NCBI RefSeq assembly: GCF_003704095.1
Contig: NW_020846942.1
Location: forward strand, 1 to 64,000
From: Pocillopora damicornis
Taxonomy: Eukaryota
Reading direction: 5' to 3'
DNA: 64,000 nt
Below the pieces are notes generated by a model. The model saw nothing but the letters and a program-made list of their open reading frames with translations. It was not told the origin of the DNA and did no database searches. This document shows, piece after piece, positions 42,513 through 54,746 of this stretch. The stretch's first letter is position 1. Every line of letters begins with the position of its first letter. The position numbers were made by a program, and so were the translations under genes.

Positions 42513-45500
42513 ATGGAGAAAATCCCAGATAAGGAACGAAAACCTGACCAACGTTATCCGTTGGCAAAACTAGCTAGCCCTTTGCTCGTTGTGGTGATAG
42601 CGGGCCTGATTGCGTGTGTAATATTTCAATTCATTACTTTGGCCTCTACGGAAAGACGACTTAAGGAAGTTGAGAAAAAGCTGAATGAAATTTCAAAGAA
42701 ACGTTCGGAGTACACCCAGTCTGAGATGGAGACAAACGGACTGCTAAGCTCCTCAAGACACAGGAGAAGTGCTAATCCTAAGACTAATTTGTCAGATCTC
42801 ACCAAGAAACTTGTAGCACTGGAGAGCAGGTAAAGTGTGTTACATTATGGAGCAGACAAATCACCGCCCGTTGCATCGCGGAAGTTGATTTAGCCACGTG
42901 TAAACAAAGATAGCGGATGTAATGAATATGTGTTCGCATCTTGTTAGTCTATAAACATACACATCACGTAAAGAGATACCAAATTACGTTTTCTCCGATG
43001 ACCGTCACGCAAGTATTGGCCCGAGAGTCAGCACTGACAACACGAAAAAGGGAAGAGATGTTCCTACACTGAACAATAAGGAAGGAGGAAATTAAAGATA
43101 GAAAGTGCTGAAGGCGAAGGTTAAGAGAGGGTTTGTTCAATTATTGGGCCCCTTAGGGTCTCATCTCGTGAATAAATGAATGCTCATGGATATTAAATTT
43201 TAGATGCTCCAGATGTCCTTTAATTATCTCCTTTGCAGGACAGATAACCTTTTGAAAGAATTGCGTCTCAAGTCTTCCCTTGGAGGTGAGTTAAGAATAA
43301 TATGTGCTCATTGTTGCTATCATAAGTACTTTGATTGTTTGACAGTTATTTTTGCGACAGTATCTTTCAATAAACTTGAAACGTCTCTTCTTATCATCAT
43401 ATTTGATGACAACTTATTCACTTGTATGTACTTTTATTTGGCTTTTATCGTTTTTTCCTTCGTTTACAGCATGGTTGTTCTTCCTCTCTTCAAGGAACCA
43501 ATGATTATTAAAAGTATTCAAATAATGTCTCAAAAAAAGCCTGATAAAAATCGACGCCGATTGAAATTGTCAAAATGGCCAATGTCACACAAAATACACA
43601 TGGCGTGATATTCTTCTAGATAACTTTAATCGAAAAACTTCTAGTAGAAAGATTTTCGATCAGTTCATATCATTTATCAAATGAGTCAATTTATTCGGAT
43701 ATATTTACTCCACAATCCACAGATCCATTTCCATGCTCAAGATGTCACGCCAATCAGTGTGGAATGAACAAACATTTGATTATTCCAGTAATTCCGTGCA
43801 ATTTTGTCTTCCATAATGATTATAGTGAATACTACGCAAATTACTTAAAATGTATGATCAAATGCGCTTAAAATCTTCGCTTCAAAACTTTTTCAGGTCG
43901 AGACGGAAGAGATGGCATGTCAGGCTCCCCTGGACCTGCTGGTAATATAATTATAATATTATGCTGATAATAATGATACGAAAAAAGAACGACATTCATG
44001 CATATGGAAATGCTGAAAGTGATAATGATAAACGCCAGAAAGTGATAATAATAAACGCCAGAAGAGAAAAAAAAAAGGAAAAAAAACAGAAAAGAAAGCA
44101 ACAATACCTCTTATTCAGCAGTTAACATGAATAAGATCACAATTTGTCTGGTAAATTGTCTCCATACCAAAGAGACTTATCTCTCTTGCCGCGCATTGTC
44201 AGCAAAATAAGTCAATTTTCCCTTTTTCTTTTTATTACGACTTAAGTTTCAAATAAAAGTAACTAAAGTGTATTATATCATATTATCAAAATCCATTTCC
44301 AGGACGGGATGGAAGAGAAGGACCCGCAGGACCGAGAGGACTTCCGGGACCAAAAGGTATTATCATGGAATTAAGGGTTGCGATCGGTTAACGTAAGATT
44401 TTCAGCTAAACGACTTCCTTGATTCTAAATTAAATTTAAAATTAACAAAATTTAAAAAAAAAACATTCTTTAAGGGAAACAAGCAGAATACATGACTCTA
44501 ATTTGTTTTTAGCCTCTAGGGATGACGCAGTGCTAAGTTAAATTTTGCCTGGTTAAACAATTTTTCTTCATATTAAGCTGAAGTAAGTCAAATCCTCCGA
44601 AAGAAAAAAAAAATGAACAAAAGACATTAACCTTATCAATCAAACCTACCGGTTTTATAATGTTGCCTAAAAGATGGAGATTTTCTAAACCAACACTAAG
44701 CGTCTTTATGGCTAATGTACCAAAGCATTACACGCTGATAACTTTGTATTTTGATGAGGTGACGTCGGCCGAACGGGAAGTACTGGACCCCAGGGACCTC
44801 CTGGCCCTCAAGGAAAAAAAGGACAAGAAGGATATGGGCTGTCAGGTGTCAGTTACAACCGCTGGGGACGAAAGAACTGCTCTGGCGATGCAACTTTAGT
44901 GTACAGAGGTAGGGAGGAAAGAAACGTTGGTGACCCGAGGAATTCAAGTTGTTCTCGGATGTTGTCAGGATGTTGTTCTTGATTAAAAACCACCACTTTT
45001 CTCTCGTTGATATTATTTTAACAGATCAGTACACCCATGAAGAGACCCCAAATATTGTGCCATAAAAGGAAAAAAGGCAAAACAAATAAAAAAACAGGAG
45101 CAGCAGAAAAAAACAACAACAACAAAAACAGACAAGCAGAACGCATAAAACAACAAACAAACCATATCAAGTCTTAGAAAAAAACTATAAGTGACTTTAA
45201 AACTGATATAAAGGCTGAAGTTAGCTCAAGGCTCTGTCTTTTTTTCATTTTTTGGTAGGATTTATGGGCAGTGGATATTATACACACACTGGTGGCGGAA
45301 CAAACTTCGTTTGTCTCACCGACAATCCAATTTATGGAAAAGTCATTGCTGGCTGGCAAGGTACAGCAGCAATCTATGGCACCGAGTATCAAACCTCTGG
45401 GTTCCCAGGCCTTTCGAACCTAGACCAGCATGATGCACCGTGCGCTGTGTGTTACGTCAGGAAACGTGGCTCCCAAATAATGATACCTGGAACAAATAAG

Positions 45501-45734
45501 TGCCCCTCGGGATGGGCCAGAGAATACAAGGGGTATCTGATGAGCTCACACTATGACCACGCCCACCCCAGTGAATATGTATGCATTGACGAGGGTGCAG
45601 AGGCTATACCTGGAAGCCACAGCGACACAAATGGAGCCCTTTTGTATATGGCACAGGGAGATTGTGGACACGCCTTAACATGCGGACCGTACATCCATGG
45701 GCATGAACTGACGTGTGTTGTCTGCACAAAGTAG
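42513..45734 (+). CDS. Short-chain collagen C4 / spongin-related protein with an N-terminal membrane anchor. Exons 42513-42829, 43239-43285, 43897-43941, 44303-44356, 44759-44908, 45259-45734
   Basis: TM segment LLVVVIAGLIACVIFQFITL, a coiled coil, furin site RHRR, and ~19 Gly-X-Y triplets. The C-terminal domain carries YNRWGRKNC, GGGTNFVCL, YGTEYQ, HDAPCAVC, CPSGWAREYKGYLMS and ELTCVVCTK*. Confidence 0.88.
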
Positions 45735-46329
45735 TTTCGTCAAATTAAAATGACAATGGCCACTGGAGAAATATGTAGCCTTTGGTCGTTCCTCCTGTTT
45801 TCTACATAAAACGATTTAAGATGAGCCAAGCTCATCTTTTTTTTAGCATGATACTTTAAAATCAACAATGGGATATTGATAAGATTTTTCATGGCAGTAA
45901 ACTAGTTTGGTTAAGGTGATTTGTCCGATGATTGAAACCAATAGCCTGTTTGTAGTTTTTTCTATTTCATTCCATCGTATTTTACTTCTATTATTAATTA
46001 TTGATGATTCATGATTTCGAAAACGTGAATTAAATTCTATGGAATCAAATCAGTATATTATACTTGCACAAAGAGCAAAAAGCCAAGTAGAAAATATTTT
46101 TGAAAATAAAAGTTAGATAAGGTCGGATCCCATAGATTGTACATGTTGATGACACGGGTTTTGTGTTTAAATAGCCTCACAGCACCGTTCGCAAAGAGAC
46201 CGAAGGTTTTAGGCGGACAATCCTCTTGGCACAAGTACATTAAAATGGTACACCTGGTCTTCTGTGAGAGCTTTAACGATCGGCGGGCGGCACAATAGAT
46301 ATAGAGACCGGTTTCTTCTAGAGAGGAGA

Positions 46330-46480
46330 GCCGATTGATCAATGGCGCTGCTTGATATATTGAAGATTTTCCATAGCCAGTTGGTAACGAAACGGAGATA
46401 TCGTTACTTTGGAAAAAGATATTTATGGCTTTCTGTTGTTCTTCCTGAAACTGGCTAAATTCGGCCAGTCTTGAAATTCT
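46330..46480 (-). pseudogene. RecQ-like SF2 helicase fragment (Q motif and motif I)
   Basis: FSQFQEEQQKAINIFFQSNDISVSLPTGYGKSSIYQAAP. Similarity is lost downstream and no DExH motif follows. Confidence 0.7.
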
Positions 46481-47197
46481 CGACAGAGAATACATTATTA
46501 ACGTTCCAATATCCTGTTCAAGCATGAGCGTATATAGATATTTCACAATTTCAAGGCTTTATCAAGACCGTGTCCGGCTGCCGGACGAGTCAGACATTTA
46601 AATTAAAGCTAGTTGTTTCTTGCAGCGATTCTTTCGACTGAGATAAGAGTCACTCTTTCAACTAAAGAAATCTGTAAAAACCTTGAGACTCTGGGATAAT
46701 TTATCCAAGTTTTTTCGTCGACCGTGGCACTGTTTACAAATGTAAGCAGAAACTGCGTAAACGTTGAAATCTAGTTTCGTAAGCGCGATGCTAATCGAAC
46801 ATCTTCCTCTTCTTATCTATACCAAAAATCGCTCATTATCTTTTCCTATATCCTTAAAGCAAAATATATATTTGAAATCGGACGCTAAATCGCAAATTTA
46901 CCCGAAAAACGGAAAATGAATTCACTTCAGTATTGTTGTTTTATCTCGGTAACCTTCAAGCTAACACGTGCCGCTTCGCAAAAAAAATATCATCAAATGC
47001 CATTAATTGCATAAGTTAGAGTGACGTTACGGAACACGATTGGTGTCAGGTTTGCGTAGACTTTCCCTCGCTTCCGTTTCACCTTTTTTTTTGGTGGGGG
47101 GGAGGGGGAAAGTACGGCTACACGTAGGTTAGAACTATTTCAGGGGAGAGCTTGTTCATACTCTGCATACTGGAGCTGTGATAACTTCAAGTGAGAG

Positions 47198-48205
47198 TGA
47201 TGCGCCGATCAATTCGAAGCTTCAGCATCCCTCCCCTCTAGACAACCCACGGGCATTCGACTGTCTTCCGTGCCCAGGAGTGGAAAATTTGAACCTTACC
47301 TGGGTGGAGTGGGAAATTTGAAGCGGAGGTGAAAAGTCTTTCTAGCGTAATAAGCGTGTTTTTATGAAGGTGTTTAAAGGTAGAGAGTCAGTCTGCTTTC
47401 GGGAGTGAATGGCATAGAAATAAAATTTTCACGTTTTAGAATGATGCTAACAAGCGGAAAAATACGTGACTTTGCTAATTTCTACAATATTCGTTGATCA
47501 TTAGGCCTGTCGCGCTTGTGCTCGGCAACTTTTGGCGTTTGGAGCAGCTTTTTGCAGTTGGGAGCAACCCCTAGCAACCTCGAGCAACGTTTGTCCTTCT
47601 GAGCATTTTTTCAGCAATATCCAGGTTTAGAGCACATATTAAGCGCAAAAAAATCAACGATTTTAAAGAAAACTTCAATTTATGCGAATTTCTTGAATAA
47701 TGATCAACCTTTCGAATCATCAGTAGAGCTAGGTTCGTTCAAGTGCCCTCATATCATTTGGCAAGACGTCAAATGAACCTTGTGTCAGTGTTCCGTTAGC
47801 AAATTGAGTGCCCTTAAATGTCACCCATACGTGCGAACAACTTTTTAAAGCCAGGTTTCAAGCCAAGGTAGCAGTTATTGTGAAGAACGAGAAATAAAAC
47901 TTTTACCTTCGTTTACTTTAACGTTCCGTGAAAATATCAAGAAATTTAAGTGGCAGCTTTTGTAATTTAGGTCGCACTTTTTAGATTTTTGGCAATTTTT
48001 TAGCAACGTTTTGACATTCCAGCGGGCAACTCTTCAGCTTTTTACAAGCAAAATCGGGACAGGCCTATCGATCACAAAAACAGTCGTTTAATAATGGGTG
48101 GGCCATTTGAACGCAATTTTGACTCTTGGGGCGAGTAATTGAACAAACCAATCTTCAAAAGTTCAAATACCCGGGGGTTGAAGGTTCGCATTGATCTACG
48201 CTTAA
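47198..48205. mobile_element. Outer MITE with terminal inverted repeats, interrupted by a nested element
   Basis: The left end gcgccgatcaattcgaagcttcagc pairs with the right end gttgaaggttcgcattgatctacgc. Confidence 0.6.
47502..48067. mobile_element. Nested hAT-like non-autonomous element
   Basis: TIRs taggcctgtcgcgcttgtgct and agcaaaatcgggacaggccta. The 8-bp flanks ttgatcat and tcgatcac match at 6 of 8 positions. Subterminal (g)agcaac repeats are present. Confidence 0.75.
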
Positions 48206-48399
48206 TAATGAAATAAAACTTGCTGAAGCCTGGTCTAAACTTTAGAAAATAGCCGTTGCAAAGGAACGTGCAAGTTTAGTTTTCCAAGCTATTGCAGAGC
48301 CAATTTTACTGTATGGATCAGGTACAGGGTCTCTCATAATTGCCGTGGATAAGAAGTTAATGTTTGAAGCGAAGAAGTTAATGTTGGAGCGAAGAAGTT

Positions 48400-48760
48400 A
48401 GTGTTTAGAGCGGCACAGATTATGGGATGACTCAGAGGCGTCACCAATGGGAACATTCTATTGTGACCTTAAGAGAAGGGAAACCAACGTCGGAAATAGA
48501 TGCTTCTCTAGACACTATTGGCGGAACGCTGATCGTGAGCAGGAAGTTGCTCACAAGATAATACTACAGGCTCCTCCTCCTGTAAAACGAAGTAGTTGTG
48601 GACAGCTGGCTCAGACGCAAATTTACCAGCCAACCGAAAGAGAATCCGTTTAAGCAAAGACCAGCTCGTACGCGATAAGAGTCGTGACTGTATGGAGACC
48701 TCTTGCGATGGAAGTCTGAATGAGGTCGTCGTGATGATGATGACGATGACGATGACGATA
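48400..48760 (+). mobile_element. 5'-truncated, decayed non-LTR retrotransposon (RTE-like) 3' end
   Basis: The peptide relic FSRHYWR...EVAHKIILQAPPPVKRS resembles RTE C-termini. It ends in a (gat/gac)n tail and is preceded by a ~20-bp x3 tandem repeat at ~48352-48412. Confidence 0.5.
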
Positions 48761-49109
48761 GTAATGCTATAGGATAACTTAAAAAACAAGACTTCTACGG
48801 GGAAATTCAATCGCCTTGGTTGGTGCTCTTTGTTTGGTATAAATATCAAAAAAATAAATAAATAAATAAGTTTGAGGAGTGGTCCTTTCATTGTCAGTTT
48901 AGCTGGTTGTCCTGCCATTGTTGTGCGGGTGTCCTTAACGAATAACTTGTTTTCTATTCATCGAGTGAGACACTTGTTGGGTGACAGAATAAATGATTCT
49001 TTTAAGAAAACAGGCGACATAATTTCAAAAAACAGAGAGCAGATTCAAGTGACTTTTGTTACTAAGCAGTTACATTATATATATTTTGTCGTATTGATAG
49101 CCAAAGGAG

Positions 49110-51429
49110 ATGGTAGTCTCGAGAGAGAAGGTAAACGCATCAAGGTCTTATCCTTTTCATAGAATTCCAAATTTATATTTATGTTATCATGGCTTCATGA
49201 TCTGTTTTTGTTTTTGAGAGAAAATGGACACATGTAGCAAACACATTATTTACTGTTTCGTAAATAATAGTCAGCAAGTATTTGTACAAAATCTTTTTGG
49301 ATAAGTTTATGAATCAAGCGAGTGTTCGACTGTAATTTCCTCATATTCTTTATGAAACATTTCTCCACTATCTCTTCCTTAGCGCTCAACTTCACCATGA
49401 TGTCTCACTTTTCTTTTAGACCAGTACATCTGCTGTTATTATTTTTGCGTTTTTGACGATTGCCATTGTCCACGAAGCAGAACTAGCAAGTGGTAATTGC
49501 CAAAATACTTGACAGATTTTATGGAACAATGCCTTAGTTTGTTTGTTGTTTGTGTTTTATTTTTTCCTAAATGTGAGTTCGTCAAAAGAAGGTTTATTAT
49601 TCTATATCAAAAAGAAATTCATTATTGCTTTTATACTCTATGTAAACCAGCCCCGTTAATAAATGATTACAGCTTGAATTTCCAATGGCCATAAACTGTG
49701 TCGAGCTATTTTCGGTTTGTGAAACTTACGAAAACCTAAGAAAAAAATGCAGTGCTCATGAATAGGAATCTCTCAGACTGAGTTACCCAGCTGTGAGAAA
49801 AAGTTTGGCTGACTCTCAGCAATTGTAAAGTTTCGCCATTTCATTGGCAAGCCTATTTGTAAGCTTTCCTTCGCCTTACGCTCTCGTTGTAATGTAAATC
49901 TTAATAATCTGATTGTCACTCATAATTTCTTCTTTCCCTTGCACTCAAAGAATTCTTCGTGGAGACTATATGCGATGGTGAACCGGCAAGGACTCTAACC
50001 TGCCCGAAGCAAAACGTCTTATCTACGATTTGGGCGAGTTATGGACGGCAGCATAATGACATCTGCATTGACGGTGAGCAGCTTATCAACGTCACTTGCA
50101 AAGTCGACTTTGACACCGTGTTGTCCATGGTGCAGGAGACTTGCGACGATTCTAATACCTGTGAGCTGGAGTCGAGCAAAGATGCGTATGGAGATCCTCC
50201 AGAATGCGCCGGAGTAAAGAAGTACTTACAAGTTTATTACCTCTGCAAGTCAGGTAAGGTGTTGGTGCCTCTGGTGCCGTCTCCATAAAACTAAATCAGG
50301 AAGTGCTAATCTGCCTACTTCAGAGTTTTATCATTGTCGCAAAAGTGGAAATAAAACAAGGTGTGATTACAAAAGAAAAAAAAGCATAATTTGCTACTAA
50401 ATGTTGTCACATATAGTAAGATTCTTGAAAAACTGAGCTCAATATAGAGCTGCTTATTCTATCCTTGGTGGTTAATAATCGAATCTTTTCTTTCTCAGTG
50501 TACTCTCCATAAAATATAGCTATTTTCCAGTCAGACAAGCTTTCCCCACACAGTGTTCATATGTTTTTTTTTTGCAATTGTTACACTCGACAGAGATGAT
50601 TAAAAAATCCATTTGCGAGTTCAATCCACCGGAAAATATTACATGTCCGGAGACACAAACTATACAAGTTGTCGATGCTAACTACGGAAGAACAGATAAA
50701 TGGACATGCGGAGGACAACTAGCTGAAAACAACCAATGCAAGTAAGTGAATAAGTGAACAGCTTCACCAACATTGACAAACTAAGTCATTGAATCGTGGT
50801 AGTGCTAAAAATATGACAGCCCAGTGGCAGAAATAGATTAAGAAGGGTTTGTTAATCGAGACTTTGAAAACCGTCACTTTTAGTCTCCCATATAAACTTC
50901 CTATCTCGTTGTTTTCCACCTCCCTGATTTTTCTCTTTGGTTTAATTCTTTGTTGTTTCTTGTCATTTTCCTTCCATCTTTAATTTTTCTGCAGGTCTCC
51001 AAAGTCAGATCAGATGGTGAAAAAAAAATGCAATGGTCAAAACGTTTGTGAACTCGAAGCGTCCAATGAAGCATTTGGAAATCCTTGTGGAAAGACACAC
51101 AAGTACCTTCAAGTGGATTATCATTGTCAAGCAGGAAAAACCATAAGTAAGGCAACTTATTAATTACCGAGGATCGAAATGAGGAACGAACCTGTAAGAA
51201 GGCCGTCAATCAGTTTAAGAGTTGGACTTAGGTTGAGCCATCAGACAACCCAGGGACCTGAGGTTCCCATATTTTTGTCTTTCTTTGTTAAGAGTTTTTT
51301 TGTCTGTTAAGTTCAAAGCAGAAAATGAATGATTGAATGAATTGAAAAAAAATGGATTTAAAAATGGTGGAATTTTCTTTTTCTTTAGTAAAAAACGCGG
51401 AAGAAATGGCTAAAAGTTTTTCAATTTAA
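49110..51429 (+). CDS. Secreted tandem SUEL (rhamnose/galactose-binding type) lectin. Exons 49110-49130, 49420-49492, 49951-50253, 50594-50740, 50995-51146, possible terminal exon 51389-51429
   Basis: Signal peptide MVVSREK-TSTSAVIIFAFLTIAIVHEAELAS. Domain 1 has ASYGR...CELES...YGDPPEC..VKKYLQVYYLC and domain 2 has ANYGR...CELEASNEAFGNPCGKTHKYLQVDYHC. The 3' end is uncertain. Confidence 0.85.
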
Positions 51430-51729
51430 AAATGAGGTAAGGAGTTATGTCAAGGACATCGTTATTGATTCTCAAGCTTGTTTAAAACTCCGAAAACCAT
51501 GGACACCTGACACATCTCAAAATGTGAACGTACTGAAGATAACGAGCCATTCCACACGGTAACGGCAACTACTTTTTGGTTTGTTTTTTGCTTACATGTC
51601 CTGATCTCCCATGTGCATGACTGGTCTTTGTAACCCAAACACTCCAGGCCCGTGTTTGGTGTTCATGGTTTCCAGAGTTTCCTCGTAACGGCGGAGCTCG
51701 AGTATGATATACCACCTACTGGTGCCTAA

Positions 51730-51829
51730 NNNNNNNNNNNNNNNNNNNNNNNNNNNNNNNNNNNNNNNNNNNNNNNNNNNNNNNNNNNNNNNNNNNNNNN
51801 NNNNNNNNNNNNNNNNNNNNNNNNNNNNN
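51730..51829. other. Assembly gap (100 N)
   Basis: Run of N. Confidence 1.
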
Positions 51830-52424
51830 AAAACATCAAGGACGTGTTGTTGAAATTGTTATTTTTCTGGAATGGAATAAATTCACTTACGGGTAAGATT
51901 CTGAACCCCAAAAATATGCATGCTTCTTGACATTATATTGTAACCTTAACGTTATGAGAAATACATTACTGTCATTTTCTCCGAATTATGAAAACCTTGC
52001 ATGCAACTCACAGTGATAGTTGCAATATTTTTATCCGGTTGTCAGTCCAGTTGGGGAACCTTTCGTCCTATATATGAGAGTCCCTGAGTTTAGTTTGGCA
52101 CTGAACAATTTTATTGCTTTTTCATTAGCATTACAATTTTTTTTTATAAAGAATTTTATGAAAGAGCGGCTTGAATTTAGACATCTGAGTGTCAAATATT
52201 GCAAAAAGCATGGCAAATACAGTTTTTATCAAGTTTATTACTCCGTGCGCAGAGATTTAATGTAAGCGGCTTTATTGAGCAAACATTGGTAATGAAAAAA
52301 GAGTCAGACGGTCATTTGTCACTTTGACCTTCACGTTCGGACGGAGAGGAGCACGAAATAGAAGAATATGATCTCTTTAAGGTGACGACTGAGAGAGAAG
52401 GAATTGAAGCAATCTTTGGCGGGG

Positions 52425-54746
52425 ATGTTTTATCTTAGGCCAACTCTTTCGTTGTACAAGTTTTGGGTTTTACTGGCCTGTCCCGCTTTGTCAGTGGTTT
52501 TTGGGTGTTCTGATCAACTGGGTAAGTGTATTGTAATGGTAAATGACTCGGCCCATTCAAGGATTTCCAAGAATTATGATTTAAGTCGAAATATAGTTAA
52601 AAAAGAATGAGGTCGTTCATGTATTACAACTTAATCAGTACATGATTCGATGCTAAAGAAATTTTAATTTGTGCTCGGTCATGTTATATGTTCAAATCTT
52701 CTCTTGTTTAATAAAAAAAAAAAATTTATGTATCCGTCTATCGCCAAAATAGATGTGATACCTTTCACGTTAATCAGGTTAGGTCATCAACCAACCACTT
52801 CATAAAGGAAAATTGTCACCTTGCAATAAACAGCTCCTTGCAAAAATTTAAGCCTGGCGTCCAAATGTTTGCATCACCACAGTGATTGCCATGATCATTT
52901 CGACTCACCTATTCACTTAGTGTGACAAAAAAAACTGATCAACGTTCCTTTTTTCCTAGATTTTTTAAGAAACCAGCCGTGAGTTTGTCGCATTATCTAC
53001 TATTATTTTTCATTCTAAAATATCCTTCGTCCTCTTCTTCGAATCCATTCCTTTTGAGACCTCGTGCTCAAAGATGTAGTCACATCACGTGATTAGCAAA
53101 TCCATCGAGCGAGACTGTATTCCGTGGATGGTAGTAGCGAGAACTCTTCCCAATCCGATCAACGCTGATCGATCGAAATATTTACCTTTTATTCACGTTC
53201 CATAAAATTAAGGTAAATTGAATTGCATTTCATTAGATTCTGAAGCTTGTGGAATTGGATGGAAGTTTTTTAACACATCCTGCTACAAAATATCCAGTCG
53301 CTCGAAAACATGGGAGGAAGGTCTGGCGGATTGTAATTCTATGAATGCGGATCTTGTTGTGATAAAAAGCCAAGAGGAAATGGATTTTATTTACAGTTTA
53401 TTTGTAAAGCCTCTGCAGTCCGGGAGCGCTTGGATCGGGCTTAATTTTAAAGGTGGCTCATTTCTTTGGATTGATGGTACTAAAGTGACGTATAGAAATT
53501 GGAATATCGGGGAGCCAAACAACATCAAGGGCGTTGAACACTGTGTGGAGACTTTGGTAAACAGCGGCAAGTGGAACGATATCGCCTGCTCTGTTAAGAG
53601 ACCGTATGTATGCAAAAGAGGTGAATAAAAGTTTGATTACAGCCCCAATTGGACAACACGAATTCCTGTTACAATTAAATAATAAGAACTCTGACAAAAT
53701 TTGCAAAAAAAAACAACAAAAAACTAGCGATTGGTTATACGTTCTCCTAAAAGGAAAAAAAACCGTTAACTTAGCAAAATTCACCAAGAGAGCGCCTGCA
53801 CATGACGCATACTGTTTAATTACACAGGCATGACGCCTACACTGCCCAATCACCTTCCAATCGGCGAGCATGAAGCATACGCTGTCATGTTGGTGCTCAA
53901 ATTGTGGTGGAGATAGCCGAGCACGTCCGTGAATTTGTTACATTTTTGATAAATAATGGCAATAGGACTGAGTGGAGTCCATGGTAATTTAGTATCCACT
54001 GAGTCGATAACGTAAATTGACCACCGTAAAGAGTTTAAAGCATTAGCCCTTTATCAGCTCTAACGAGTTGTTTATTACGAGTATGATTACAGACAGAATT
54101 GGACGACGCGAAGTCTTGTAACCAATTAATCAAGACTATGACAAAATTTGAGAAAGAAACTAGATATCGGTTATACGTCTTCGTGAAAAAAAAACAAAAA
54201 CAAAAACAAAAAAAACAGCTGACTCGGCGATATGCGCGACTGTACATTATGTTCACTTACACAGGCATGACGTGTCAACTGTCCTATTACACTGTCCAAT
54301 TACAAGCATCACGCGTAAACTGTCCTATTGGTGCCCAAATCGGCTTGTGATAACCAATCACGTTGTCATAGTTTTGATTATTTGTAATACAAACTACTTA
54401 TCAAACGGACTGAACAGCCATGATACTTTCCCCTTTATAAAAACCTATTGCCTCCATTGCTACTCTCAAATTTTAACCAACAGCTGGTCATCTGATTCGT
54501 CCATCAAGATTCATGTCTGCCGAACTCGACAACAGGGATCACGCTCTTATAGATCAGGCATTTGAAGAATATTTCGTCGCTAACGTCACAGAGTGCTTAA
54601 AGAGGTGCCTGTCCCGAGATAAATGCTTTTCTTTCAACTACGAGTACTTTGGAGCAGTATGGAAAAAGTGTGAACTAAACAACTCTACAAGGGCCTGGAC
54701 ACGAGATAAATATCTTTGGAGGCATGGTTTTATCTACTATGATTAG
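52425..54746 (+). CDS. Secreted C-type lectin with a C-terminal PAN/apple domain. Exons 52425-52521, 53237-53620, 54484-54746
   Basis: Signal exon MFYLRPTLSLYKFWVLLACPALSVVFG. The CTLD carries WIGL, EPN, WND and the expected cysteines. The PAN exon reads ECLKRCLSRDKCFSFNY...CELN...GFIYYD*. All joins are phase 1. Confidence 0.88.
53634..54360. repeat. Two partial copies of one dispersed repeat (~53634-53870 and ~54084-54360) plus a Penelope-type fragment at ~54001-54057
   Basis: Both copies share gattacag...aattggac.ac.cgaa.tc.tgt...tgacaaaatttg and tacacaggcatgacg. Confidence 0.7.

Noticed and set aside
43722-43787. Extra Cys-containing exon in the collagen gene (DPFPCSRCHANQCG...)
   Set aside because: It has a plausible acceptor, but the available donor gives phase 0 where phase 1 is needed. 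The flanking exons join in frame without it.
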